This document shows, in pieces, positions 47,743 through 59,221 of a stretch of DNA of 64,000 nucleotides. Both the position numbers and the translations under genes were made by a program. Numbering within the stretch: the first letter of the stretch is position 1; the number at the start of each line of letters is the position of its first letter. The stretch comes from an uncultured delta proteobacterium (GTDB lineage Bacteria > Myxococcota_A > Polyangia > Fen-1088). Under the pieces are notes generated by a model. The model ran no database searches, was not told the DNA's origin, and worked only from the letters and a program-made list of their open reading frames with translations. The stretch covers positions 1-64,000 of the forward strand of contig CAWCMR010000013.1 in assembly GCA_963796685.1 (NCBI GenBank), in the 5' to 3' direction.

Positions 47743-47771
47743 AGTATGGGATACAACCCATAGTGAGTCAA
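47743..47771 (-). promoter_or_regulatory. Sigma70-type promoter with palindromic operator for the TA cassette
   Basis: TTGACT-17 bp-CATACT with a TATGGG-N6-CCCATA inverted repeat overlapping the spacer and -10 box. Confidence 0.7.
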
Positions 47772-47794
47772 GCAACTTGCAGGATCGTTCGCGC

Positions 47795-47865
47795 GGCGAA
47801 CGCTTTGCCGTTCAGCTGCGGGCGGCCGTCCGCGGCCGACTGACAGCTGCAACGGCATGTTATCC
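47795..47865 (-). mobile_element. Integron attC site 3
   Basis: Minus strand R'' GGATAAC ... R' GTTCGCC, 71 bp, related to sites 1 and 2. Confidence 0.8.
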
Positions 47866-48177
47866 GGCAACCCTCCCCATTCCTGACGTGCTGTCGGATT
47901 GGTAGGAGACGAGCTTGGGTGGTCCCGCGAAGAATTCCCGGACAAGGGACACAACCTCAAGAGCCGAGCCACCTGATTCATACGCCTCAGCGGCAGCGCG
48001 CGTTTCCCAAATGGTCACAGCCATGAACGGGTCGCCGTCAACCTCGGGAACCAACAAAAGACACGCTACGTTTCCAGGGCAGGCTCGCACCTTGGGAACG
48101 GCCAACTCGTTGTATGTCTTCTTCAGGCGATCGACTCCGCCCGGCTTGACTGCAAACGAACCCACTCTGATCCACAT
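47860..48177 (-). CDS. ABM (antibiotic biosynthesis monooxygenase)-domain cassette protein
   Basis: Ferredoxin-like pattern VKPG..PG..VTIWETRAAAEAY; TAA lies within R'' of attC 3. Confidence 0.75.
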   Translation of the reverse strand: MWIRVGSFAVKPGGVDRLKKTYNELAVPKVRACPGNVACLLLVPEVDGDPFMAVTIWETRAAAEAYESGGSALEVVSLVREFFAGPPKLVSYQSDSTSGMGRVAG

Positions 48178-48358
48178 GAGACTGCTCCCTTCCCTCTGGC
48201 AGTTTGTACCTGTTGTCCGGACAAAACTACCGAATTCCCTCGATTTCGCGTGGTTGGCGGTCGCGCTGGGCGCCTTGGGGCCTCGTGGCTGCTTCGTAAG
48301 CAGGATTCCGTCCGCGCGCGGGCGCTGCGTTTTAGCGACCGAGAGGGCCTTCGACTAT

Positions 48359-50236
48359 CTACGCCGGTCGATCGGGCGCCGCGGGGATGGTGAACCAGAA
48401 GGTGGCGCCGTGGCCGGGCTCGCTGTGCACGCCGATGCGGCCGCCGTGGGCTTGCACGATTCCGCGCGCGATGAAGAGACCGAGGCCGGCGCCGCCGGCG
48501 GGGCGGCCGGGGACGTGGAAGAACTTTTCGAAGAGGGCGTCCTGGTGCTCGACGGGAATGCCGGGGCCTTGGTCGGAAACTTCAAAGCGGAGCTGGCTCT
48601 CGCTGTTGGCGGGTTCGGGGACGGGGCCTTCCGGGGCGGCCTCGGCCAGGGCGCGCACCACGATTTCGCTACCGGCCGGCGCGTAGCGAAGGGCATTGCT
48701 GATGAGATTGGTGAAGACCAGTTGCAGGCGATCCGGATCGGCGAAGGCCTCGGCCAGGCCGGGAAGGACCTCGGAACGCAGGGTGATCTGCTGCCCCTTT
48801 GCCGCTAGGCTGTGAACGTCGATGGCCAGATCCACGAGGGACTGCGGTTCGACCCGGCGCTTGTGCAGGTCGATGCCGCCCGACTCCAGACGCGAGAGGT
48901 TGAGCAAGTCGTCGACGATGGTCTGCAATCGCTCGCAATCGTCGCGCGCCGCGAACAGCAAGTCCGCTTGTTTGGCGGTCAGCGGTCCGACCGCTTCTTC
49001 CGTACAAAGATGAATGGCCATGCGCAACGAGGTGAGGGGGGTGCGGAACTCATGGGCCACGGTGGCCACCAGGTTGTTCTTCAGCTCGTCGAAGCGGAAG
49101 AGTCGGGTGATGTCCTGGAGCACGACGGAAGTACCGGCGACGCTGCCGTTCTCGGCGTAGATGGGCGTTGCGCGTGGCAGGTAGATCCGCTCGTTGTCCG
49201 GGGCCGGGACACGCAAGGCCTCTTCGAAGCCCTTGGGGTTGTAAGCGCCGCGCCCGCCCAGGACATGGGCGCGCAGTCGGTCGAGCAACGATCGCACGCC
49301 GGGATCGACATTCTCGAACGAAGAGCTCCCGCGTTCCTCGGGATCGATGCTCAGGACGGTGCGGGCGGCCTCGTTCGTGCCTTGCACGTTGCCGGCCGCG
49401 TCCAGCATCAGCACCGGGTCGGGCAGGCTGTCGATGGCGGCCTGGGACGCCTGCTGCGCCTGCAGCAGCTCGCCGAGAGAGCTTCTGCGGTAGCGCTCGA
49501 GGTGATCGGCCATGGTGTTGAACTCCTGAGCGAGCTGGGCGATGTCGTCCTCGCCCTGCACGCGGGCGCGCGCTTGCAGGTCGCCCTGGCCGAAGCGCCG
49601 TACGGCCGCCGACACGACGCCGAGCGGCCGTAGAAGGCGGGCGGTCAGGCTGACCGAGGCCAGGAGGCCCAGGATCGAGGCCAGAAGCACCGCCATGGTG
49701 AGAATTCGTTCGAAGCGGGCCGCGCGCTGTTCGGTGCGCTGGCCTTTGCGAACCACGGCATCTTGATTGATGTTCAGAATCTCGTCGGCCGCCTGTTTGA
49801 CCTTGGCAAACGCCGGATCGAGGGAAGCGAAGCAGAGCGCGCGTTTGACGTCCGGGTCGGGTGCGGCGTGAAACTGAACCAGCGCACGCTTGAAGTCGTT
49901 CCAACGCTCTTGCAGTTTGGCAACGGCATCGGTTTCCCCTGGCTCGGTGATGTTCTGCGCCTCGACGGTGAGCTCGCGCTCGAACATCTCCAGGTCGCCC
50001 GGTTGCGGGCGCGGCGCTCGGGGTTCCCCCAAGAGCTCGTGGATGGCGGAGTCGTGGATGCGCTCGACGCTCTCCTTCATGCGCTGGGCTGCTAGCACGC
50101 TGCGGTAGTTGTCCTTCCAAATGTGCCCGGGTTGCCGGGCCAGCAAGGAGGCCACCATGCCCGAGACCACGCCCACCGAGGCCAGGGCCACGAGCAGCGG
50201 GGCCATGGTCAGCATGAGCTTACTTCGAAAGGTCAT
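48359..50236 (-). CDS. Membrane sensor histidine kinase (four-helix sensor, HAMP, PAS, HisKA, HATPase), Kdp-associated
   Basis: NYRSVLAAQRM, HEFRTPLTS, NLISNALRY, DQGPGI, GAGLGL; start overlaps the stop of the KdpD-N gene. Confidence 0.9.
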   Translation of the reverse strand: MTFRSKLMLTMAPLLVALASVGVVSGMVASLLARQPGHIWKDNYRSVLAAQRMKESVERIHDSAIHELLGEPRAPRPQPGDLEMFERELTVEAQNITEPGETDAVAKLQERWNDFKRALVQFHAAPDPDVKRALCFASLDPAFAKVKQAADEILNINQDAVVRKGQRTEQRAARFERILTMAVLLASILGLLASVSLTARLLRPLGVVSAAVRRFGQGDLQARARVQGEDDIAQLAQEFNTMADHLERYRRSSLGELLQAQQASQAAIDSLPDPVLMLDAAGNVQGTNEAARTVLSIDPEERGSSSFENVDPGVRSLLDRLRAHVLGGRGAYNPKGFEEALRVPAPDNERIYLPRATPIYAENGSVAGTSVVLQDITRLFRFDELKNNLVATVAHEFRTPLTSLRMAIHLCTEEAVGPLTAKQADLLFAARDDCERLQTIVDDLLNLSRLESGGIDLHKRRVEPQSLVDLAIDVHSLAAKGQQITLRSEVLPGLAEAFADPDRLQLVFTNLISNALRYAPAGSEIVVRALAEAAPEGPVPEPANSESQLRFEVSDQGPGIPVEHQDALFEKFFHVPGRPAGGAGLGLFIARGIVQAHGGRIGVHSEPGHGATFWFTIPAAPDRPA

Positions 50237-51399
50237 GCGGTCACCTCGTCTTCCAGCGAGACGATGTGGATGTCGAACTGAGAGGCTTCGCGAACCAGAC
50301 GCAGCGGAATCGAACGTCCGAGCAGCTGCTTCCACCACGCCTGTTGCGAGCGGCCGACGATGATGTGCCCGACGTTGTGGGAACGGGCGAAGTCGATGAT
50401 GGCCTCCACCGGATCCTTGCTCTTGACACGGACAGGCTCGGCACCCAGCTCCTTGGCCTTGTCGATGTTGGCGAACAGATGGCGTTGCAGCTCGGCGTCG
50501 ATGTGATCGGGCGATTCGCCTGGCGTCTCGACGAAGACGACGAACCAGTCGGTGTTGAATCGACCCGCCATGCGCGAGCCCCGGCGCACCAGCATGGGCG
50601 TTCGCGGAGATCCCGAGGACACGCACACCATGACCCGACTGCGCGTGGCAGAGGCGTGGCCCCCGCTGGCGTCGCCCGCCACGGGCCGGATCACGGCCGC
50701 GGAGCGTTCGATGCTTTCGGCCACTTCGCGCAGGGCCAGCTCGCGCAGATGGGCCAGGTTCTGCTCCTTGAAGAAGTGTTCCAGCGCCCAGGGGATACGA
50801 TCGGTCGGGTAGATCTTGCCCGCGCGCAAGCGTTCTTGCAGATCTTCGACCGTGAGATCGAGGTTGACCACCTGATCGGCCTGCTTGAGGAAACTGTCGG
50901 GGATGGTTTCGCGCACCACCACGCCGGTGACCCGCTCGACCAGGTCGTTGAGACTCTCCAGGTGCTGGACGTTGAAGGCACCGATGACGTTGATGCCGGC
51001 ATCGATGAGCTCGAGCACGTCGAGATAGCGGCGCTTGTTGCGGCTGTCGGGCGGATTGGTGTGCGCAAGCTCGTCGACCAGGGCGACCTCCGGCTTGCGC
51101 TTGAGGATCTCGTTCAGGCTCATCTCCTGAACGACGACCCCGCGGTATTCCACCTGGCGCAAGGGCACGCTTTCCAACCCGTCGACCAGCACCGCGGTCT
51201 CCGCGCGGCCGTGGGTTTCAATGAATCCGATGACCACGTCCACGCCGCGCTTCTTGAGGGCGTGCGCCTCTTCGAGCATGCGGTAGGTCTTGCCCACCCC
51301 GGCGGCGAAGCCGATGTAGAGCTTGAGCCGGCCGCGCTTGCTCTTTTGAACCAGCTCGAGGAAATCCTCGGCGCGCGGGCGCATGTTGGGGGTGGTCAT
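50233..51399 (-). CDS. kdpD: Stand-alone KdpD N-terminal domain plus USP domain (no TM or kinase domain)
   Basis: GRLKLYIGFAAGVGKTYRML, ETHGRAET, VDELAHTN, NVQHLESLND, LRELALR, then a USP-like domain. Confidence 0.9.
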   Translation of the reverse strand: MTTPNMRPRAEDFLELVQKSKRGRLKLYIGFAAGVGKTYRMLEEAHALKKRGVDVVIGFIETHGRAETAVLVDGLESVPLRQVEYRGVVVQEMSLNEILKRKPEVALVDELAHTNPPDSRNKRRYLDVLELIDAGINVIGAFNVQHLESLNDLVERVTGVVVRETIPDSFLKQADQVVNLDLTVEDLQERLRAGKIYPTDRIPWALEHFFKEQNLAHLRELALREVAESIERSAAVIRPVAGDASGGHASATRSRVMVCVSSGSPRTPMLVRRGSRMAGRFNTDWFVVFVETPGESPDHIDAELQRHLFANIDKAKELGAEPVRVKSKDPVEAIIDFARSHNVGHIIVGRSQQAWWKQLLGRSIPLRLVREASQFDIHIVSLEDEVTA

Positions 51400-51646
51400 G
51401 ATGCGGCGTGGTTTGCGATCTTCAGGTCTTCACCCTGGGCGAAGCAAGCATTACGCCAAACCGTAGGTGTCAAGGGTAGGGCGTCGCCATGAAATTCCGC
51501 CCCAAAATGGGGTGGCGCTTGTCGGGTCGCGTTTGACGGGGCAAGAGAAATGCATTTTACAACCTTCGGCCTCGCACGTGTTTCTCTTTGCAACCCGTGG
51601 CGCGCCGGCAGGGCCGCGATCGTTCGCGAGGGCGGCGCGGATGGCT

Positions 51647-51663
51647 TTGGCACAGGCCATGCT
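51647..51663 (+). promoter_or_regulatory. Sigma54 (-24/-12) promoter of the kdp operon
   Basis: TTGGCACAGGCCATGCT gives exact GG-N10-GC spacing, about 20 bp before the first ATG. Confidence 0.75.
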
Positions 51664-51682
51664 GCATGGGCAGGTGAACACC

Positions 51683-51766
51683 ATGAAAGATTTGCTCTTC
51701 ACCCTCATCACCATCGGTTTCTTCGCCGGCGCTTGGCTCTACGCCAAGGCCTGCGAGAAGCTTTGA
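51683..51766 (+). CDS. 27-aa hydrophobic peptide upstream of kdpF
   Basis: MKDLLFTLITIGFFAGAWLYAKACEKL with an AGGTG RBS; single TM helix. Confidence 0.7.
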   Translation: MKDLLFTLITIGFFAGAWLYAKACEKL

Positions 51767-51787
51767 CGTTTCGGCTAGGAGAACATC

Positions 51788-51877
51788 ATGAGTCTCGATT
51801 ATGCGCTGGGCGGCCTGCTTGCAGTCGCTCTTGCCGTGTACCTGGTCTACGCGCTCGTCAAACCGGAGCGTTTCTAA
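51788..51877 (+). CDS. kdpF: K+-transporting ATPase subunit F
   Basis: MSLDYALGGLLAVALAVYLVYALVKPERF; RBS AGGAG. Confidence 0.92.
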   Translation: MSLDYALGGLLAVALAVYLVYALVKPERF

Positions 51878-51885
51878 GGAGTCCC

Positions 51886-53607
51886 ATGACCGCGAATGGA
51901 TGGCTACAAATTGCATTCTTCCTGCTCGTGATCCTCGCGCTCACCAAGCCGCTCGGGCTCTATCTTTACCGCGTCTTCGAGGGGGAAGAGCGGCCCTTCG
52001 CACGCACCCTCGGCAGGGTCGAGCGCTTCCTTCTTCGCCTGTGTGGACTCGAGCAGCCGGCGGCGCAGAGCTGGAAGGAATACACGGCCGCGCTGCTCAT
52101 GTTCAGCGTGCTCGGCGTGCTGGTGACGTACTTCATGCAGCGCCTGCAGCATGTGCTGCCGCTGAACCCCGAAAAGCTCGCCCCACCGGCGGAACATCTG
52201 GCCTTCAACACGGCGGTCAGCTTCACCACCAACACCAACTGGCAGGCCTATTCGGGCGAATCGACGATGAGCTACCTGACCCAGATGGCGGGCCTGGCCT
52301 GGCACAACTTCACCTCGGCCGCCGCGGGGCTCGGTGTGGCTTTGGCTTTGGCACGCGGGCTGACCCGCAAGGCGAGTGAGAAGGACGAACATGGGCTGGG
52401 CAATTTCTGGGCGGATCTGATTCGCTCCATCGTCTACGTGCTTCTGCCCATCAGCGTGATCTTCACGTTGATCTTGGTGTCCCAGGGTGTGGTGCAAAAC
52501 TTCGCCCCCTATCTGCACATCAAGACCCTGGAAGGCGCGACTCAGGTGATTCCGCTCGGCCCCGTCGCGTCGCAGGAAGTGATCAAGGAGTTGGGCACGA
52601 ACGGCGGCGGCTTCTTCAACGCCAACAGCGCGCACCCCTTCGAGAATCCAACACCGTTCACCAATTTCATCGAAATGGTTCTGCTCCTCTGTATCCCGGC
52701 GGCGCTGACCTACACCTTCGGTCGTATGGCCGGGAACCAGAAGCAGGGCTGGGTGCTGCTCGCGGCCATGACGGTCCTGTTGATGGCGGGTATCACGACG
52801 GCCTATGCCTCGGAAGCTCATCCGAGCGCAGCGCTGTCCGCGTTCCCGATCGGCCACGGGCTGGGGAACATGGAAGGAAAGGAGGCCCGCTTCGGCGTGG
52901 CGAATTCGGCTCTGTGGGCGACCATCACCTCTGGCACGTCGTGCGGCGCCGTCAATTCCATGCACGACAGCTTCAATCCGCTGGGCGGCCTGGTCCCGCT
53001 CGTCAATATCGAGCTCGGCGAGGTGGTCTTCGGCGGGGTGGGTGCAGGCCTGTTCGGCATGCTGGTATTCGTGCTGCTGTCGGTGTTCATCGCGGGACTC
53101 ATGGTTGGGCGCACGCCCGAGTACCTGGGCAAGAAGATCGAAGCCAGGGAGATGAAGCTGGCCATGCTCTACATCCTCATCTTTCCGCTCATTATCCTGG
53201 GATTCTCGGGGTGGGCTTCGGTCGCGGGCTATGGCACCTCGTCGCTCAACAACGCGGGGCCGCACGGGCTGTCCGAAATTCTGTATGCCTATTCCAGCGG
53301 GGCAGGGAACAACGGCTCCGCCTTTGCCGGGCTCAACGCGAATACGCCGTGGTGGAACACCTCGCTCGGCATCACCATGCTGTTCGGTCGCTTCTTCATG
53401 ATGATCCCGGTCATGGCCATCGCGGGCTCCATGCGCGGCAAGCGCACCGTACCCGCCGGTCCGGGAACCTTCCCCACCCATGGCCTCTTGTTCTCGGGAC
53501 TTCTGGTCTCGGTCATCCTGATTGTCGGTGCCTTGACCTTCTTCCCCGCACTTTCGCTAGGACCGGTGGCTGAGCACTTCGTGGCCGCCGCCGGAAAGGT
53601 GTTCTGA
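51886..53607 (+). CDS. kdpA: K+-transporting ATPase subunit A
   Basis: [60 protein letters not shown]. Confidence 0.98.
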   Translation: MTANGWLQIAFFLLVILALTKPLGLYLYRVFEGEERPFARTLGRVERFLLRLCGLEQPAAQSWKEYTAALLMFSVLGVLVTYFMQRLQHVLPLNPEKLAPPAEHLAFNTAVSFTTNTNWQAYSGESTMSYLTQMAGLAWHNFTSAAAGLGVALALARGLTRKASEKDEHGLGNFWADLIRSIVYVLLPISVIFTLILVSQGVVQNFAPYLHIKTLEGATQVIPLGPVASQEVIKELGTNGGGFFNANSAHPFENPTPFTNFIEMVLLLCIPAALTYTFGRMAGNQKQGWVLLAAMTVLLMAGITTAYASEAHPSAALSAFPIGHGLGNMEGKEARFGVANSALWATITSGTSCGAVNSMHDSFNPLGGLVPLVNIELGEVVFGGVGAGLFGMLVFVLLSVFIAGLMVGRTPEYLGKKIEAREMKLAMLYILIFPLIILGFSGWASVAGYGTSSLNNAGPHGLSEILYAYSSGAGNNGSAFAGLNANTPWWNTSLGITMLFGRFFMMIPVMAIAGSMRGKRTVPAGPGTFPTHGLLFSGLLVSVILIVGALTFFPALSLGPVAEHFVAAAGKVF

Positions 53608-55661
53608 TGCGTCCGCAAGCTCAAGCCATCGCCCTGCTCGACCGCAGCATTCTCAAGGAAGCCGGCAAGGAAAGCCTGCGCAAGCTCTCGCCCGCCAAGG
53701 TCATCCGCAACCCGGTGATGTTCGTAGTCGAGATCGGCAGCGTCCTGACTACGCTCATCGCTATTCGTGATGCTTTCGCGCCCACGGCCCAGTCTGCCCC
53801 GCTGTGGTTCACCATCAGCATCTCTCTGTGGCTGTGGTTCACGGTGGTCTTCGCCAATCTGGCCGAGGCCGTGGCCGAGGGGCGCGGCAAGGCCCAGGCC
53901 GCCAGTCTGCGCAAGATGCGCACGCAAACGACGGCTCGTCGTCTGAAGTCCGCCAAGGGTCCCGAGGAGAGCGTGCCGGCCGATTCGCTGCGCACCGGGG
54001 ATCTCGTGGTCGTCGACGCCGGCGAGCTGGTTCCGGGCGATGGCGAGGTCATCGAAGGCGTGGCCTCCGTCGACGAGTCGGCCATCACCGGTGAATCGGC
54101 GCCGGTCATCCGCGAAAGTGGCGGCGATCGTTCGGCCGTGACGGGCGGGACGCGCGTGCTCTCCGACCACATCATCGTCAAGATCACCTCGGATCCCGGG
54201 CAAACCTTTCTCGACCGCATGATTGCCCTGGTCGAGGGCGCCAGCCGCCAGAAGACGCCCAACGAGATCGCGCTGCACATTCTGCTCGTGGGCATGACCA
54301 TCGTCTTTCTGCTCGCCTGCGTGACCCTGGTGCCGCTGGCGGCCTATTCCTCGATTCGGCTTTCGGCCACCGTCATCGTCGCGCTTCTGGTCTGTCTCAT
54401 CCCCACCACCATCGGCGGGTTGCTTTCGGCCATCGGCATCGCGGGCATGGATCGCCTGATTCGCAAGAACGTCATCGCCATGAGCGGACGGGCCATCGAG
54501 GCGGCCGGGGACGTCGACACCTTGCTGCTCGACAAGACCGGCACCATCACGCTCGGCAACCGCATGGCGAGCGAATTCATACCCGTGGGCGGCGGCACGG
54601 TCGATGCCCTCGCCGACGCGGCCCAGCTCGCCAGCCTGGCAGACGAAACGCCGGAGGGCCGGTCCATCGTCGTGCTGGCCAAGGAGAAGTTCAACCTGCG
54701 CGGGCGCAACGTGGAGCAATTGGGAGCCGAGTTCGTCAAGTTCTCGGCCCTGACCCGCATGAGCGGCTGCGACCTGGATGGGCGCAAGATCCGCAAGGGC
54801 GCGGTCGACGCCATCAAGTCGTGGGTGGAATCCATGGGCGGCGAGGTCCCGGCGGCCCTGACGGAGATCGCGCAGAAGATCGCCGATCAGGGTGCCACGC
54901 CCTTGGCGGTGGCCGAAGGCAAGCACGTGCTCGGCGTCGTGCGCCTGAACGACGTGGTCAAGGGCGGCATCAAAGAGCGCTTCGAGCGCTTCCGCGCCAT
55001 GGGCATTCGCACTGTCATGATCACGGGCGACAATCCGCGCACCGCGGCCGCCATCGCCAAGGAGGCCGGCGTCGACGATTTTCTGGCCGAAGCCACCCCC
55101 GAGGCCAAGATGCGCCTCATCAAGACCGAGCAGGCCAAAGGCAAGCTGGTGGCCATGACCGGCGACGGCACCAACGATGCGCCGGCGCTGGCCCAGGCCG
55201 ACGTGGGGGTGGCCATGAACAGCGGCACCCAGGCGGCCAAGGAAGCCGGCAACATGATCGACCTCGAATCGAACCCGACCAAGCTCTTGGAAGTGGTCGA
55301 GGTCGGCAAACAACTGCTCATGACCCGCGGCGCGCTCACGACCTTCTCCATCGCCAACGACGTGGCCAAGTACTTCGCCATCCTGCCCGCCATGTTCATG
55401 GGCGCGTTTCCCGAGATCGCGCCGCTGAACGTGATGGGCCTTGCGTCACCGTCGAGCGCCATTCTTTCGGCGGTCATCTTCAACGCCATCATCATCGTGC
55501 TGCTCATCCCGCTCGCCCTGCGTGGGGTGAAGTACCGGCCGCTCGGCGCTGCGGCCCTCTTCCGCCGCTCCATGCTCATCTACGGCTTGGGCGGCATCGT
55601 GGCCCCGTTCATCGGTATCAAGCTCGTCGATCTGGCGCTCAAGGCGCTGCATCTCGTCTGA
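53607..55661 (+). CDS. kdpB: K+-transporting ATPase subunit B
   Basis: [38 protein letters not shown]. Confidence 0.98.
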   Translation: MRPQAQAIALLDRSILKEAGKESLRKLSPAKVIRNPVMFVVEIGSVLTTLIAIRDAFAPTAQSAPLWFTISISLWLWFTVVFANLAEAVAEGRGKAQAASLRKMRTQTTARRLKSAKGPEESVPADSLRTGDLVVVDAGELVPGDGEVIEGVASVDESAITGESAPVIRESGGDRSAVTGGTRVLSDHIIVKITSDPGQTFLDRMIALVEGASRQKTPNEIALHILLVGMTIVFLLACVTLVPLAAYSSIRLSATVIVALLVCLIPTTIGGLLSAIGIAGMDRLIRKNVIAMSGRAIEAAGDVDTLLLDKTGTITLGNRMASEFIPVGGGTVDALADAAQLASLADETPEGRSIVVLAKEKFNLRGRNVEQLGAEFVKFSALTRMSGCDLDGRKIRKGAVDAIKSWVESMGGEVPAALTEIAQKIADQGATPLAVAEGKHVLGVVRLNDVVKGGIKERFERFRAMGIRTVMITGDNPRTAAAIAKEAGVDDFLAEATPEAKMRLIKTEQAKGKLVAMTGDGTNDAPALAQADVGVAMNSGTQAAKEAGNMIDLESNPTKLLEVVEVGKQLLMTRGALTTFSIANDVAKYFAILPAMFMGAFPEIAPLNVMGLASPSSAILSAVIFNAIIIVLLIPLALRGVKYRPLGAAALFRRSMLIYGLGGIVAPFIGIKLVDLALKALHLV

Positions 55662-55672
55662 GGAGCCTAGTC

Positions 55673-56287
55673 ATGAAGACCTTCGTCATCGCTCTGCGTG
55701 CAACCCTTCTAACCGTGGTGCTGACCGGGATTCTCTATCCCCTGGGAATGACCGCGCTGGCACAAGTGCTGTTCCCGAGCGCCGCCAACGGCAGCCTGGC
55801 CAAGGATGAAAACGGCAAGGTGGTCGGCTCGCGCCTGTTGGGACAGACCTTCGCCAATCCGGCGTACTTCCAGCCGCGGCCCTCGGCCGCGGGCAACGGG
55901 TACGATCCGCTGGCCTCCGGCGGCTCGAACTTCGGCCCGACCTCGGCCAAGCTGCGCGAGCGGGTTCAAGCCGACATCGCACGCCTGCACAAGGACAATC
56001 CTGCTGCCACCGGCGATATTCCAATCGAGCTCGTCACCGCATCGGGCAGCGGCCTGGATCCCCACCTCAGTCCCGCGGCGGCCAGGTGGCAGGTCCCGCG
56101 CGTGGCGCACGCCCGCGGGGTCAGCGTTGCGCGCGTCACGGCGGCGCTCGATGAGGCCATCTCGGGTCGCGACCTTGGATTCCTCGGCGAGCCCACGGTC
56201 AACGTGCTGGAGCTCAACCTGGCAATCGATCGACAATTCGGTCAACCTTCGAGTATCCCCGCGAACGCGGCGGCCGTAGCGAACTGA
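55673..56287 (+). CDS. kdpC: K+-transporting ATPase subunit C
   Basis: ANGSL, GSRLLGQ, YFQPRPSA, SGGSN, VTASGSGLDPHLS, VNVLELN. Confidence 0.97.
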   Translation: MKTFVIALRATLLTVVLTGILYPLGMTALAQVLFPSAANGSLAKDENGKVVGSRLLGQTFANPAYFQPRPSAAGNGYDPLASGGSNFGPTSAKLRERVQADIARLHKDNPAATGDIPIELVTASGSGLDPHLSPAAARWQVPRVAHARGVSVARVTAALDEAISGRDLGFLGEPTVNVLELNLAIDRQFGQPSSIPANAAAVAN

Positions 56288-56315
56288 CGCGTCCGCGCGG
56301 ACGAGGGAGGGCGCG

Positions 56316-57164
56316 ATGATCAAGCAAATGCTCGTTTGCCTCGAGGGCTCGCCGAGCTCGGAAGCGACGATAGGGACGGCCATCGGGATCGCCGTCGAGC
56401 GCAAGGCAAGTCTCTCGGGAATCGCCATCGTCGACGAGCCGGATATCCGCGCGGGTGCGGCCACGGGCATCGGCGGATCGAGCTTCAAGCACGAACGCGA
56501 CCTTTCCCTGCTTGCCGATGCCCGACATCGCGCCGACGCGTGGCTGGCGACGTTCGAGGGCCGTTGCAAGAAGGCGGGCGTGCCGGTGCGTACGCTCGAG
56601 GTCGTCGGACGACCGGGCGCGGTGATCCTTGCCGAGATGGAGCGTCACGACCTGACCCTGATGGGGCGCGACGCGAACTTCCGCTTCGAGACCAACAGCG
56701 AGGATCGCGCCACGCGGGAGCAGATCCTGCGCCATGCGAGCCATCCGATTCTTCTCGTGCCTGAAAGCGTGTCCGATTCGAAGCCCGCGCTCGGGGCAAC
56801 CGCGGTCGTTGCGTACGACGCAGGCGTGGCCGCCACGCGGGCCCTGACCAGCTTTGTCGCAAGCGGGTTGGCCGAGTCGCGCACCATCCATGTCGCCTCG
56901 GTCGGCGAAGATGGCGACAAGGCGTGGGAGATGGCCGAGCGGGGCGCCGAGGTCTTGCGCACCCTGGGCGTTCAAGCCAAGGTCCACAGCATCGTATCGG
57001 CCCTCGAGAACGCCGAGGCCCTGGTCGACTTCGTGGGTGAGATCGGCGCCAGCCTGGTCGTCATGGGCGCCTTTGCGCGGTCGCGGTTGGCCGAGCTGTT
57101 TTCGAGATCGGTCACGCGCGCCCTGGCCGAGCACAGTCCCGTGCCGCTCTACATGCAGCACTGA
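56316..57164 (+). CDS. Tandem universal stress protein
   Basis: Two USP domains (LVCLEGS..., VAYDAG..., LVVMGAF). Confidence 0.88.
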   Translation: MIKQMLVCLEGSPSSEATIGTAIGIAVERKASLSGIAIVDEPDIRAGAATGIGGSSFKHERDLSLLADARHRADAWLATFEGRCKKAGVPVRTLEVVGRPGAVILAEMERHDLTLMGRDANFRFETNSEDRATREQILRHASHPILLVPESVSDSKPALGATAVVAYDAGVAATRALTSFVASGLAESRTIHVASVGEDGDKAWEMAERGAEVLRTLGVQAKVHSIVSALENAEALVDFVGEIGASLVVMGAFARSRLAELFSRSVTRALAEHSPVPLYMQH

Positions 57165-57180
57165 TGCCTGAGGGCGCGAC

Positions 57181-58527
<1,347 letters not shown>

Positions 58528-58683
58528 GCCGCTATTCTAGCCCACCGCCGTCCCGGCCGTGACAGCTTCGCCGCAATTCTTGCCCACCGTGCAGGTTGCA
58601 AGGGGCAGGCGCTTGCATCCTGCGGATTGCACGGAAGCCCTGGCCGAAATCGCGTCCGGGCGTCCTGCCGCCCGCGGTGAAAG

Positions 58684-58698
58684 TGGCACGCGGCATGC
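58684..58698 (+). promoter_or_regulatory. Putative sigma54 promoter
   Basis: TGGCACGCGGCATGC (GG-N10-GC), very similar to the kdp promoter; TGCA-rich motifs upstream. Confidence 0.6.
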
Positions 58699-58716
58699 GT
58701 CTTCACAGGGCTTGTC

Positions 58717-59088
58717 ATGCCACGCCGATTGGAATTGGTCGGAGACTCCCGCGAGTCGGAAATGCGGGACGAACGATCCCGTCTTGGCAGGCTGCCGGCC
58801 TGGGTGAAGTGGACCGCGCTCGCGGTTGTGGTCGTGGGGACGATCCTCGCGTTCATCTACAGCGGCGGTGCCGAGCGCCGGGCCATTCAAGAGATGCCGG
58901 CCCGCGAGCGCCAGGCATTGTTCGCGCGCACGGTGCAAAACCTCCGCTCGGTTTGCTCGGAGCCCGAGGATGCCATGCGTGGCTTCTGCCGCGAGCAGGC
59001 TCAGCTGGCACTGGAATTCCGGGAGTGCGACACCTCGTGCCAGGCGTTGGCCGCCCGTCAGCTGTCGCGCGTGCAGTTGCCCCGTTGA
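58717..59088 (+). CDS. Small single-TM protein with four Cys in the C-terminal domain
   Basis: TM WTALAVVVVGTILAFIY; C..C..C.C pattern. Start may be 58762. Confidence 0.65.
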   Translation: MPRRLELVGDSRESEMRDERSRLGRLPAWVKWTALAVVVVGTILAFIYSGGAERRAIQEMPARERQALFARTVQNLRSVCSEPEDAMRGFCREQAQLALEFRECDTSCQALAARQLSRVQLPR

Positions 59089-59221
59089 TGGTCAGCCCAC
59101 ATTAAGGTTGCACGAGAGAGGCCAAACACGTCAGCATAGCGACGTCTCCGCAACACCTGTTCCGTCGAGAAAGTCAAAGATGTCGCACTCCCGGGCTGGC
59201 TCTTCACCCCGCATGCCCCGC

